DNA from: an uncultured Gammaproteobacteria bacterium
GTDB taxonomy: Bacteria > Patescibacteriota > Patescibacteriia > 2-12-FULL-57-11
DNA: 64,000 bases
Reading direction: 5' to 3'
Assembly: GCA_964648865.1 (NCBI GenBank)
Contig: CAZYLV010000002.1
Span: 15,272 to 79,271 of the forward strand
Below, piece after piece: positions 46,057-55,212 of the stretch. Position numbers and translations under genes: made by a program. Numbering within the stretch: position 1 is the first letter of the stretch; each line of letters opens with the position of its first letter. The notes beneath the pieces are model-generated. The model saw only the letters and a program-made list of their open reading frames with translations. It searched no databases and had not been told where the DNA came from.

Positions 46057-47463
46057 ATGCGCACCATCCTGATCATGCTCTCCCGCGGGATCGTCGCCCG
46101 GAACATCCTCCGGACGGGCGTCTTGGACATCCTGCTCTCCGATCCGGACGTCCGCCTCGTCGTGCTCGTACCGCCGAACATCCCGGACTATTTCCGGAAG
46201 GACTTCGACCATCCACGCGTCATCCTCGAGGAATCCGAGGAGGTCCGCTACGGGCTGTTCCATCGGAAGGTCTTCGCGCCGGTCTACCAGAAGCTGGTCT
46301 ACACCGAGACGGCCAAGTTCTTCATGCGCTACGGCGGCCGCATCCCCAAGGGCAACAAGAGCCCCGTCGCGGCGTTCTTCGGCCACATCGGCGCCAGCAT
46401 CATCTCGCGGATGCCCTTCCTCAAGCCGATCTTCCGGGAGCTCGAGTTCCACCTCTTCCCGTACCACGGCTTCGACCGCTTCTTCGAGAAGTACAAGCCG
46501 GACCTGGTCGTCTCGACCATCGTCAAATCAAAACGGGACATCGCCATCCTCAAGGCGGCCAAGCGCTTCGGCGTGCCGCACATCAGCATGGCCCGGAGCT
46601 GGGACAACCTCGACCGTATCCTCATCGCCGTGCGGCCGCAGAAGATCATCGTCCAGAACGAGGTCATGCGCGAGCTGGCCGAGACGCTCCACGGTATCCC
46701 AAAGGAAGACGCCTTCGTCTCCGGTTTCCCGCAGTTCGACCTCTATAACGACCGTTCGCTGCTCATGTCGCGCGCCGACTTCCTCGCGTCGCTCGGGCTG
46801 GACCCCGCGCGCAAGGTCATCTTCTTCGCCTCCGAGGGCGTGTGGGCGCCGCACGGGGACCATGTGGTCGCGGCCCTCATCGCGCGCATGCGCGGCGGCG
46901 GGTTCGCCGAGCCGGTCTCGCTCATCGTCCGTCCGCACTATTCCGACCGCGCCGACGACGGTTCGAGCCGCTACGACCGCTTCGTGGGCGAGCCCGACGT
47001 CTTCGTGGACCGCAACCAGCGCATGCTCCGGTTCTTCGTCGACAAGTGGGACGCCTCACGCACGGAGATGGTGCACCTCATGAACGAGCTTGCGCATGCC
47101 TCCGTGCTCGTGACATACGCCACGACGATGGCCATCGAGGCGGCCATCTTCGACACGCCCGTCGTCAACGTCGCCTTCCGTTTGCCTGGGGAACCCAAGG
47201 ACGGGCCGTTCTTCGGCATGTTCTACGGCTCGTCGCACTACTCGAACGTCGTGAGGACCGGCGGCGTCCGCCTGGCAACGTCCGAGGAAGAGCTGGTGCG
47301 GTACGTGGATGAGGCGCTGCTGCACCCGGAGACGTTGCGCGCCGAGCGCCGCGTCATCGTGGAGCGCTTGGCGTACGGCAACGACGGGAAGTCCGGTGAG
47401 CGCGTCGGCCGTTTCATCCTCACATGCCTGCGGGAGCTGCCCTTCCGCCGCGTCATCGCCTGA
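46057..47463 (+). CDS. Putative GT-B-fold transferase, TagF/CDP-alcohol glycerophosphotransferase-like (uncertain), paralog 1
   Basis: 468 aa soluble protein with two Rossmann-like halves. Paralogous to 51006-52391 (shared MxxxxxxSRGxxARNxLxT N-terminus and PVVNVAF). Family assignment by weak resemblance only. Confidence 0.35.
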   Translation: MRTILIMLSRGIVARNILRTGVLDILLSDPDVRLVVLVPPNIPDYFRKDFDHPRVILEESEEVRYGLFHRKVFAPVYQKLVYTETAKFFMRYGGRIPKGNKSPVAAFFGHIGASIISRMPFLKPIFRELEFHLFPYHGFDRFFEKYKPDLVVSTIVKSKRDIAILKAAKRFGVPHISMARSWDNLDRILIAVRPQKIIVQNEVMRELAETLHGIPKEDAFVSGFPQFDLYNDRSLLMSRADFLASLGLDPARKVIFFASEGVWAPHGDHVVAALIARMRGGGFAEPVSLIVRPHYSDRADDGSSRYDRFVGEPDVFVDRNQRMLRFFVDKWDASRTEMVHLMNELAHASVLVTYATTMAIEAAIFDTPVVNVAFRLPGEPKDGPFFGMFYGSSHYSNVVRTGGVRLATSEEELVRYVDEALLHPETLRAERRVIVERLAYGNDGKSGERVGRFILTCLRELPFRRVIA

Positions 47464-47466
47464 CCT

Positions 47467-48936
47467 ATGCCGACCATCAAGGAATTGCGGGAGGTCTGCC
47501 AGAACTCCACGCAGGCGCCCTCTTGGGCCAGCCAGACCGTCTTCGGCAAGCTCAACCGTCGTTGGGCGATCTACCTGACATGGATCTTCGTGCACCTGCC
47601 GTTCACGCCCAACCAGGTGACCGCGGCGGGTACTGTCGTGTACCTGCTGGGCGCGGCCTGCTTCCTCGGCGGGACGCGCGGGTGGAATTTGGCGGGCGTC
47701 GGTCTGATCATCTTCTCCTTCATGCTGGACGCCGTGGACGGCGAGCTGGCGCGCTGGCGGGCGCATGTCAGCGGGCAGAAGGGCAAGCGCTTCGACATGG
47801 GCGGCGTCTTCGTGGAGCCTGTCTCGCACGATGTCCAGTACGGCTGGTTCTTCCTGCCGATCACGCTCGGGGTGTTCTGGCGGACGGGTTCCGATTGGGC
47901 CATCGTCGCAGGCATGGCCGCCACGGCCGGCAAGCTGCTCTTCCGGTTGCTCGAGTTCCGCACCGACGCTTTCCGCCGCTACGCCGACGAGACCCGCGGG
48001 ACCGTCTACGGCTGGGCCACCAAAAAGAGCACGCCCAAGACCGCGGCCTACGGCATCTACCGCAACCTGTTCGTGGGCACGGGCATGATCCCGCCGTTGC
48101 TCGTGGCGAGCGTCGTCGACCGCGTGGACGTCTTCCTGTACGCCTACGGCGTCCTGTTCTTCGCGGCCTGGGCGGCGCTGATGGTCCGCAACAGCCGCCG
48201 GGTGCTGGACGCCAGCAAGCGGCACGGCGCCGGACGCGTCCGCGCGCTGTTCCGTCCCAAGACCATCGTCTTCGACTTCGATGGGACGCTGGTCGACACG
48301 ATGGGGGAATACGCCGACATCGCCGCGGCGGTGATGGTCGAGTACTACGGCGCCGACCGCTCCTGGGCGCGGGAGAAGTACATGGAGACATCCGGCGTCC
48401 CGTTCCTGCAGCAGCTGGGCGTCATCTATCCGGGCGATGACCGCAACCCGCAGGCCTCGGAGGCCTTCGAGCACCGCAAGAACGTCTTCTTCGAGACGTT
48501 CCACGTGCCGGACGGGACGCGGCGGCTTGTCGCCGACCTCCGGGCGCGCGGCTACGCCGTCGGGGTGTCTTCCAACAACTTCCAGGCCAGCCTGGACCGC
48601 TTCGTGGAGCGGGAGCGGCTCTCCTTCAGCCTGGTGATGGGCTTCCGCGAGGGCTTCCGCAAGGGCGAGCAGCACCTGCGCCACGCCATGGAGAAGACCG
48701 GCTGCGCCATGGAGGAGATCCTCCTGGTGGGCGATTCCTTCCATGACGCCGCCGTGGCCGCGGGCAACGGCATCGGCTTCGTGGCCCGTGTCGGGACCTT
48801 CAGCGTCGAGGCATGGAAGGACAAGTACCCGCACGTCGTGGCCATCGGCGACCTCCAGGAACTGCCGCCGCTGCTCGAAGCGGCGGGTACGGAGGATGCG
48901 CCGTCTGCCCCGCCTGCACCGGAGACCTACGCCTGA
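47467..48936 (+). CDS. Fusion: CDP-alcohol phosphotransferase N-domain (membrane) + HAD-like phosphatase C-domain
   Basis: DAVDGELARW...G...D matches the CDP-OH_P_transf motif, within about 6 TM helices. The C-terminal IVFDFDGTLVDT and LLVGDSFHD are HAD motifs I and IV. Confidence 0.65.
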   Translation: MPTIKELREVCQNSTQAPSWASQTVFGKLNRRWAIYLTWIFVHLPFTPNQVTAAGTVVYLLGAACFLGGTRGWNLAGVGLIIFSFMLDAVDGELARWRAHVSGQKGKRFDMGGVFVEPVSHDVQYGWFFLPITLGVFWRTGSDWAIVAGMAATAGKLLFRLLEFRTDAFRRYADETRGTVYGWATKKSTPKTAAYGIYRNLFVGTGMIPPLLVASVVDRVDVFLYAYGVLFFAAWAALMVRNSRRVLDASKRHGAGRVRALFRPKTIVFDFDGTLVDTMGEYADIAAAVMVEYYGADRSWAREKYMETSGVPFLQQLGVIYPGDDRNPQASEAFEHRKNVFFETFHVPDGTRRLVADLRARGYAVGVSSNNFQASLDRFVERERLSFSLVMGFREGFRKGEQHLRHAMEKTGCAMEEILLVGDSFHDAAVAAGNGIGFVARVGTFSVEAWKDKYPHVVAIGDLQELPPLLEAAGTEDAPSAPPAPETYA

Positions 48937-48939
48937 AGC

Positions 48940-48968
48940 TTGACAGGACCCCGCGGACCCGCGAGAAT
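48940..48968 (+). promoter_or_regulatory. Sigma70-like promoter candidate (TTGACA-N17-GAGAAT)
   Basis: Perfect -35 hexamer and a 4/6 -10 hexamer at 17-bp spacing, about 27 nt upstream of the ATG at 48996, in a 58-bp intergenic gap. Confidence 0.35.
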
Positions 48969-48995
48969 ACCGCACGATTTCCGTAACGCCTTCCT

Positions 48996-49919
48996 ATGAA
49001 CATCCTGGTCACCGGCGGGACCGGCTTCCAAGGCAGCCACCTGGTGGAGGCGCTCGCCGCGCGCGGCCATGCCGTCACCGTGCTCAACACGCTGACGCCG
49101 CATTCCGAGGAGAACAAGAAGCATCTCGCCGGCAAAGCCGAGATCATCTGGGGGTCGATCACCGACGCCGAGGTCACCGAGAAGGCCATGCGCGGCAAGG
49201 AACTGGTCTTCCATCTCGGCGCGCGCATCAACGTCGACGAATCCATCGACGACCCATGGGGGACGATCGACGTCAACGTCCGCGGGACCTTCAACGTGCT
49301 CGAGGCCGCCCGCAAGGCCGGCTGCCGGATGATCCACACCTCGACGTGCGAGGTCTACGGCAAACCGGAGTCCGTGCCGATCAAGGAGAACGCCGACCTC
49401 CGGCCGCACAGCCCGTATGCCGCCTCCAAGGCGGCCGCCGACCGGTTGTGCTACGCGTACGTGCAGACCTTCAAGACGCCCATCATCATCCCGCGTTTCT
49501 TCAACATCTTCGGCGAGCGTCAGAAGGAAGGGAAGTACGGCGCGGTCATCCCGATCTTCGTCGGGCAGGCCATGCGCGGCGAGCCGTTGCGCGTCTTCGG
49601 CACCGGCGAGCAGACGCGGGACTACGTCTACATCTCGGACGTCATCGACGGGTACCTTAAGCTGCTTGACCATCCGGAACTGGTCGGCGAGACCATCAAC
49701 TTCGGCACCGGGGTAGGCACCAGCATCCGCGACATCGCCGAGCACGTCGCCAAGCGTCTCGACGCCCGCGTGGAGTACGTGCAGGCGCGGCCGGGGGAGG
49801 CCACGCACATGATCGCCGACGCCAGCAAAGCCAAGACGCTCCTCGGCTGGGAGCCCAAGGTGGGGGTCTTCGAGGGCATCGACCGCTACATCGCCTGGCG
49901 CACCGGCTCCGCATCCTGA
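48996..49919 (+). CDS. NAD-dependent nucleotide-sugar epimerase/dehydratase (UDP-glucose 4-epimerase / 4,6-dehydratase-like SDR)
   Basis: ILVTGGTGFQGSHLVEAL, YAASKAAAD (YxxxK). Confidence 0.85.
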   Translation: MNILVTGGTGFQGSHLVEALAARGHAVTVLNTLTPHSEENKKHLAGKAEIIWGSITDAEVTEKAMRGKELVFHLGARINVDESIDDPWGTIDVNVRGTFNVLEAARKAGCRMIHTSTCEVYGKPESVPIKENADLRPHSPYAASKAAADRLCYAYVQTFKTPIIIPRFFNIFGERQKEGKYGAVIPIFVGQAMRGEPLRVFGTGEQTRDYVYISDVIDGYLKLLDHPELVGETINFGTGVGTSIRDIAEHVAKRLDARVEYVQARPGEATHMIADASKAKTLLGWEPKVGVFEGIDRYIAWRTGSAS

Positions 49920-49923
49920 CGGT

Positions 49924-51009
49924 ATGGCGAAACGCCTGGCCATCCTCTTCGGCACGCGCCCCGAGATCATCAAGATGGCGCCGTTCATCAAGGCCGCGCT
50001 CGCCAGGCGCGCGGACTTCTTCGTCATCCACACCGGGCAGCACTACTCGGAGATCATGGACAAGGTCTTCTGGAGGAACCTCGAGCTGCCGGACCCGAAA
50101 TACAACCTGGGCGTCGGCTCCGGCTCGCACGCCGAGCAGGTCGGGAAGATGATGATGGGCATCGAGAAGGTCCTCGTCGAGGAGCGTCCGGACCTGGTGT
50201 GCGTCTACGCCGACCTCAACACGTCCATCGCCGGCGCGCTCGCGGCGGCCAAGCTCGGCATCCCCATCCTCCAGCTGGAGGCGGGACTGCGCTCCTTCGA
50301 CCGGGCGATGCCGGAGGAGATCAACCGTCTGGTCGTCGACCGGCTGGCCACGCATTACTTCGCACCCACCGAGCTGCAGCGCGAGCACCTGCGCCGCGAG
50401 GGCATCGTCGAACGGGTCCACGTGACCGGCAACCTCATCGCCGACGCCGTAGCCGGCGCGCTGCCGACGGCGCTCGCCACGAGCGACGTGCTTGCGCGCC
50501 TCGGACTCCGCCCCAAGGGCTACGCGCTCGCCACCGTCCACCGCGCCGGCGCGGTGGACAGCAAGGGGACCTTCGGACGCCTGCTCGAGGGCCTCGGGCG
50601 CGTCGCGGCCGAGAACGGCCTGCCGGTGCTCTATCCCGTCCACCCGCGCTCGCGCAAGAACCTCGAGGCCTTCGCCTTGCCCGTGCCTGACGGCGTCCGG
50701 CTGACCGAACCGGTGGACTACTTCGACTTCCTGACGCTCGAGGCCAACGCCCGACTCATCCTTTCCGACTCCGGCGGCATCCAGGAGGAGGCGGCCATCC
50801 TGGGCGTCCCGCTCGTTACCTTGCGCGAGAACACCGAACGCCAGGAGACCGTGACGCTCGGCTCCAACGTCATCGCCGGCTACGATCCGGCGCGCATCGC
50901 CGCCGCGGCCAAGGACATGCTGGCGCGGCCCGCCGCTTGGCGGCATCCCTACGGCGAACGGGTGGCCGAGCGGATGTGGGACATCATGGAACGCGACATC
51001 GTGCGATGA
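49924..51009 (+). CDS. UDP-N-acetylglucosamine 2-epimerase (non-hydrolysing, WecB-like), copy 2
   Basis: LAILFGTRPEIIKMAPF...HTGQHYS...ILQLEAGLRS. Confidence 0.85.
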   Translation: MAKRLAILFGTRPEIIKMAPFIKAALARRADFFVIHTGQHYSEIMDKVFWRNLELPDPKYNLGVGSGSHAEQVGKMMMGIEKVLVEERPDLVCVYADLNTSIAGALAAAKLGIPILQLEAGLRSFDRAMPEEINRLVVDRLATHYFAPTELQREHLRREGIVERVHVTGNLIADAVAGALPTALATSDVLARLGLRPKGYALATVHRAGAVDSKGTFGRLLEGLGRVAAENGLPVLYPVHPRSRKNLEAFALPVPDGVRLTEPVDYFDFLTLEANARLILSDSGGIQEEAAILGVPLVTLRENTERQETVTLGSNVIAGYDPARIAAAAKDMLARPAAWRHPYGERVAERMWDIMERDIVR

Positions 51010-52391
51010 CCGTCTTCGTCACCGTCTCGCGCGGGGCCATCGCCCGCAACCTGCTGCACACGGCCTTCCTCGGCCGGCTGGCCGCCGCAGGCGTCGAGGT
51101 GGTGCTGCTGACCTCGGCCGCCGCGGACCAAGAGTTCCAGGCGGCCTTCTGCCGCCCGGGCGTCGCCTGTGCACCGCTCCTGCCGCATCGCTGGAGCCGG
51201 CTGGACTATGCCCTCGCCGGCCTGCACAAGGGGCTGGTCTATAACGAGACGCGCGAGCTCGTCGACCGCTACGGGATTTACGGCATCGAGATGCACGAGC
51301 GCGGCGGCGCGCCGCGGTTCCGGCATCTCCTCAAGAAGGCGGTCTTCAAGCCGTTGTCGCGCTCGCGGTCCCTCAAGCGCGCCGCGCGGCGTCTGGACGC
51401 GCTCTTGGTGCGTCCGCACGCCTACGATGCGCTGTTCGACCGGCACCGGCCCGCGGCGGTCTTCGCCACCAACCCTTTCGAGGATGCCGACACCGACGTG
51501 CTCAAGACCGCCCACGCCCGGGGGATCCCGACGGTCATCTTCCCCAAGAGCTGGGATAACCTCTCCAAGATGAACCTGCGCGTCGCGCCGGACCTGCTGC
51601 TCCTGTGGGGGCCGACGCTCGTCCGGGATGCCCGACGGTTCCACCTTCTCGACGGGGAGAGGATCCGCGTCGTCGGCGTGCCCCAGTACGACATCTATGA
51701 GGAGCAGGGCACGATCCAGCCGCGGGAGGCGTTCTTCCGGAGCATCGGTGCCGATCCGGCACGCCCGCTCGTGGTCTTCGGCTCCGAGGGCAAGATCAGC
51801 CCCGACGACGGCGACGTGGCGGCGATGCTGCACGCGCTCTTCCAGGCCCAGCCGACGGGACGCCGCCCGCAGCTCTTCGTCCGGCCGTACTACGCCCTGC
51901 CGGGCGAGGAGGAGAAGTTCGCCGCGCTCGTCGGCGCGCCGGACGTCATCATCGACCGGGCCTTCCGTCCCCGGCCGCAGTTCCGCGACCGTTGGGACTG
52001 GTCGCGCGAGCATGCCGTGCACTTCGCGAACCTCATGACGCACATGGATGCCATGGTCTGCGGCGCCTCGACGCTCACGCTGGACGCCGCGTATCGCGAC
52101 AAACCTGTCGTCAACGTGGCCTTCGACGGCAAGCGCGAGCTCCCGTACGGCCAGTCGGTGCGCCGTTGGTACGATTCCACGCATTTCAAGGCCATCCTCT
52201 CGCACGGCGGCACCGATGTCGTGCGCAGCGAGCAGGAGTTGGCGGAAGCGACGCTGACGGCGCTCCGCGAGCCGGGCCGCCGCGCGGCTGGACGCGCCGC
52301 ATTGCGGGCGGCATACTGCCCGCACATCCCGGGCGGGAGCGGGGCGGCCATCGCCCAGGCCGTGCTCGACGTGGCTGCCCGGAAGGGATAA
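51006..52391 (+). CDS. Putative GT-B-fold transferase, TagF-like (uncertain), paralog 2
   Basis: Paralog of 46057-47463. ATGA overlap with the upstream gene. Confidence 0.35.
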   Translation: MTVFVTVSRGAIARNLLHTAFLGRLAAAGVEVVLLTSAAADQEFQAAFCRPGVACAPLLPHRWSRLDYALAGLHKGLVYNETRELVDRYGIYGIEMHERGGAPRFRHLLKKAVFKPLSRSRSLKRAARRLDALLVRPHAYDALFDRHRPAAVFATNPFEDADTDVLKTAHARGIPTVIFPKSWDNLSKMNLRVAPDLLLLWGPTLVRDARRFHLLDGERIRVVGVPQYDIYEEQGTIQPREAFFRSIGADPARPLVVFGSEGKISPDDGDVAAMLHALFQAQPTGRRPQLFVRPYYALPGEEEKFAALVGAPDVIIDRAFRPRPQFRDRWDWSREHAVHFANLMTHMDAMVCGASTLTLDAAYRDKPVVNVAFDGKRELPYGQSVRRWYDSTHFKAILSHGGTDVVRSEQELAEATLTALREPGRRAAGRAALRAAYCPHIPGGSGAAIAQAVLDVAARKG

Positions 52392-52408
52392 GGTCTTCAC
52401 GCGCTTCC

Positions 52409-53107
52409 ATGGGCACGCCGTATTACCCGTCCGCGCACATCCCGAGCCGACGTGAGGAATTGCGTCGGCATTTGGGGAAGGCGAGCTGGATCGTCCAGAG
52501 GGAGCGTGCCGAGGGCGTGCTCTCCCGGCATATCCTGGAGCGCCACGGCACCGGCGCGCGCATCTGCGAGCTGGGGACCGCGCACGGCGCCGTGCTGCAG
52601 TCCCTCCTGGAGCGGGGCTTCCGCGACGTGATCGGCGTGGACGTCGACGATTACCTGACGTCCGACGCCTTGCGCCCGCATCTGCGGATCGCCGACCTCA
52701 ACACGCAACCCATCCCTGCGGCGGATGGATCGCTCGATTGCGTGTTGGCCCTGGAGACGTTCGAGCATCTCGAGAACCCGTGGCACTTCGCCCGCGAGTG
52801 CGTGCGCATGCTGCGGCCAGGCGGCACGCTCATCCTGTCCACGCCCTGGGGACACACCGTCTGGGACAAGCTCCGCTTCGCGCTGCGCGGCAACCTCGTC
52901 AATTTCCATCTCAAGAACAACCACATCACCTTCCTGACGCGCGACAACTTCCGGCGCGCCTTCGGCAAGGATTTCACCCTCGACCGCCGGATCTTCCAGC
53001 ACGGGTTCGCGCCGTTCGTCCCGCGACGGCTGCGTCGGTTCCTTCCGCCGCATCCGCTCTGGAGCCTCAAGGCCTGTTTCTTCTTCACCCGCGTCGGCAC
53101 CTCGTGA
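52409..53107 (+). CDS. Class I SAM-dependent methyltransferase
   Basis: ICELGTAHGAVLQSL motif I region, LDCVLALETFEHLENP, LRPGGTLIL. Confidence 0.7.
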   Translation: MGTPYYPSAHIPSRREELRRHLGKASWIVQRERAEGVLSRHILERHGTGARICELGTAHGAVLQSLLERGFRDVIGVDVDDYLTSDALRPHLRIADLNTQPIPAADGSLDCVLALETFEHLENPWHFARECVRMLRPGGTLILSTPWGHTVWDKLRFALRGNLVNFHLKNNHITFLTRDNFRRAFGKDFTLDRRIFQHGFAPFVPRRLRRFLPPHPLWSLKACFFFTRVGTS

Positions 53108-53111
53108 GCAT

Positions 53112-54110
53112 ATGGCCAACGGAACGACCTTCGAACAGCGTACCCTCCGGGACGAGTACGACGCCGCGCGGCGCGAGGAGATCGCCCGGCTCATGGATCC
53201 GGCCACCGGGACGCTCGACCGCCGCTTCGCCAAGGACGTCGCCTGCCTGGTGTGCGGCTCCCGTGACGCCCGCCCCCTCTTCACCAAGCAGGGGATGGGC
53301 TTCGTGCGCTGCGCGTCCTGCTCCTTCATGTACGTCAACCCGCAGGTCGACGAAGCCGTGCTCGAGGAGGCCTACAAGCAGAGCCGCTCCAACGACATCT
53401 GGTTCGAGATCCTCAAGACGCCGGATCAGCAGAAGTACAACGTGGAGAAGTACGGCTGGTTCCTGGACCGGATCGGGGAGATCGCGCCGCCGCCGGCGCG
53501 GCTGCTCGACGTCGGCTGCTCGCTCGGGCATTTCCTGGCCATGGCGCGTGACCGTGGGCACGAGACCCTCGGGCTTGAGCTCGGGGAGAAGGCCGCTGCC
53601 TACGCGCGCGAGACCTACGGCCTGGACGTCCGCGAGACGCGCGTCGAGCGTCTCGAGGAGCCGGACGGCTCCTTCGGCGCCGTGACGCTCTTCGGCGTGC
53701 TCGAGCACCTCTCCGATCCTGTCGGCATCCTCAAGGTCCTGCGCCGGCTGGTGAAGCCGGACGGGGTGCTGGCCATGCTCGTGCCCAACAACCACAGCCT
53801 GGTGGCGCGCATGCTGCATGGCGAGGCCTTCGGTTTCGATGGCCGCAACCACCTCGGCTACTACACCAAGGAGACGCTGGCGCTGGCGCTCGATACGGCA
53901 GGCTTCGTCCCCGTGTCCATGACCACGCACGTCAGCTGCATCAACCCCATCCTCAACTGGCTGCACTACGACGATCCGTACTTCCCCAAGGAGGCGGGCA
54001 ACCTCGAGACCGAGTTCTCCCGCGTCGCCAAGCCGGCGCTGCTGAAGCTCATCGAGGAGCACGACCTCGGTCACCATCTCTACTGCATCGCCCGACCCAA
54101 GACCGCATGA
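53112..54110 (+). CDS. Zn-ribbon + class I SAM-dependent methyltransferase (paralog family A, member 3)
   Basis: CLVCGS...CASCSF Zn-ribbon, then LLDVGCSLGHFL motif I, LFGVLEHLSDP, LVKPDGVLAM. Confidence 0.75.
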   Translation: MANGTTFEQRTLRDEYDAARREEIARLMDPATGTLDRRFAKDVACLVCGSRDARPLFTKQGMGFVRCASCSFMYVNPQVDEAVLEEAYKQSRSNDIWFEILKTPDQQKYNVEKYGWFLDRIGEIAPPPARLLDVGCSLGHFLAMARDRGHETLGLELGEKAAAYARETYGLDVRETRVERLEEPDGSFGAVTLFGVLEHLSDPVGILKVLRRLVKPDGVLAMLVPNNHSLVARMLHGEAFGFDGRNHLGYYTKETLALALDTAGFVPVSMTTHVSCINPILNWLHYDDPYFPKEAGNLETEFSRVAKPALLKLIEEHDLGHHLYCIARPKTA

Positions 54111-55174
54111 GCGCCCCCGCATACATCCTGACGTCCGCGCCGCAGGGCATGCCCGACGCCCGTACGTTCCTGTTGGCCGGCACCTCCTTGCGCGAACGCG
54201 CCGAACGGCTCGCCACCGATGCGGGGCTCACCGTCGCGGGTGAGGCCGCGCGTCCGGGGGAGAAAGGCGAGGGTATCTACCTCGACCCGTTCCGGCCGCT
54301 CGTGACGCCCGCGACGCTCCGCGCGCAGGCGGCCGGCCGCCCGGCGGGGGAGGCCGCGCTCGCGGGCGACGCGTGCGCCGGCGTCGAGGGCCTGCGGCTC
54401 GTCGACACGGAGTCCGTGCGCGCGGCCGAGGCCGTGCTCGCGGAACGCATGCCGCCTGCGGAACGCGGCTACTACCGCGCCCTGCCCGTGACCGTGGAGG
54501 AGAAGGACGACTGGGCCGTGCCCAAGACCGACCCGGACGGCGTGCTGCGCGACCCGCTGCAGGAGCGCGAGCGCTACATCGAGGACGCCAAGCCGCAGCT
54601 GGCCTTCATCAACGGCCTGCCGCCGGGGCGCATCCTGGACGTCGGCTGTGGGCCGGGCCACATCCTTTCGGCCGTGGCCGCGGGCTGGGACAAGCACGGC
54701 GTGGAGATCTCGCCGACCGCCGCGGCCGCCGCCCGGGCGCACGCGACGGTCTTCCAAGGTCCGCTCGAGGAGTCGCCGTACGCCGACGGCAGCTTCGACG
54801 TGGTGCTGATGCGCAGCGTCATCGAGCATCTGACCGACCCGGTGGGCGTGGTGCGCCGCATCCACCGCATCCTCAAGCCGCTCGGACACTTCATCGTCAG
54901 CACGCCGAACTTCGACAGCGCCGCGGCGCGGCGCTTCGGCAAGAACTACCGACTGCTCCATCCGTTGCACATCGCCATGTTCAGCGACCGCTCGCTCATC
55001 CGCATGCTCGAGGATCTGGGCTTCACGGTCGACCGCGTCGAGTACCCGTATTTCGAGACGCGCTACTTCACCAAGGAGAACCTGGAGCGGCTCTTCGACG
55101 CGTCCAAGACCTCCCCGCCGTTCTACGGCAACCACGTCATCCTCTTCGCCCGCAAGACCGGATCCCGCCCATAA
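54107..55174 (+). CDS. SAM-dependent methyltransferase with an N-terminal ~130-aa domain of unknown function
   Basis: C-terminal ILDVGCGPGHIL, VLMRSVIEHLTDP, LKPLGHFIV. Confidence 0.7.
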   Translation: MSAPAYILTSAPQGMPDARTFLLAGTSLRERAERLATDAGLTVAGEAARPGEKGEGIYLDPFRPLVTPATLRAQAAGRPAGEAALAGDACAGVEGLRLVDTESVRAAEAVLAERMPPAERGYYRALPVTVEEKDDWAVPKTDPDGVLRDPLQERERYIEDAKPQLAFINGLPPGRILDVGCGPGHILSAVAAGWDKHGVEISPTAAAAARAHATVFQGPLEESPYADGSFDVVLMRSVIEHLTDPVGVVRRIHRILKPLGHFIVSTPNFDSAAARRFGKNYRLLHPLHIAMFSDRSLIRMLEDLGFTVDRVEYPYFETRYFTKENLERLFDASKTSPPFYGNHVILFARKTGSRP

Positions 55175-55203
55175 GCAAAGCCCCGCCATCGGCGGGGCTT
55201 TGC
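55175..55203. terminator. Bidirectional rho-independent terminator between convergent operons
   Basis: Perfect 13-bp stem GCAAAGCCCCGCC-ATC-GGCGGGGCTTTGC immediately after the TAA stop and before the minus-strand neuB stop. Confidence 0.7.
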
Positions 55204-55212
55204 TTGGCGCGT

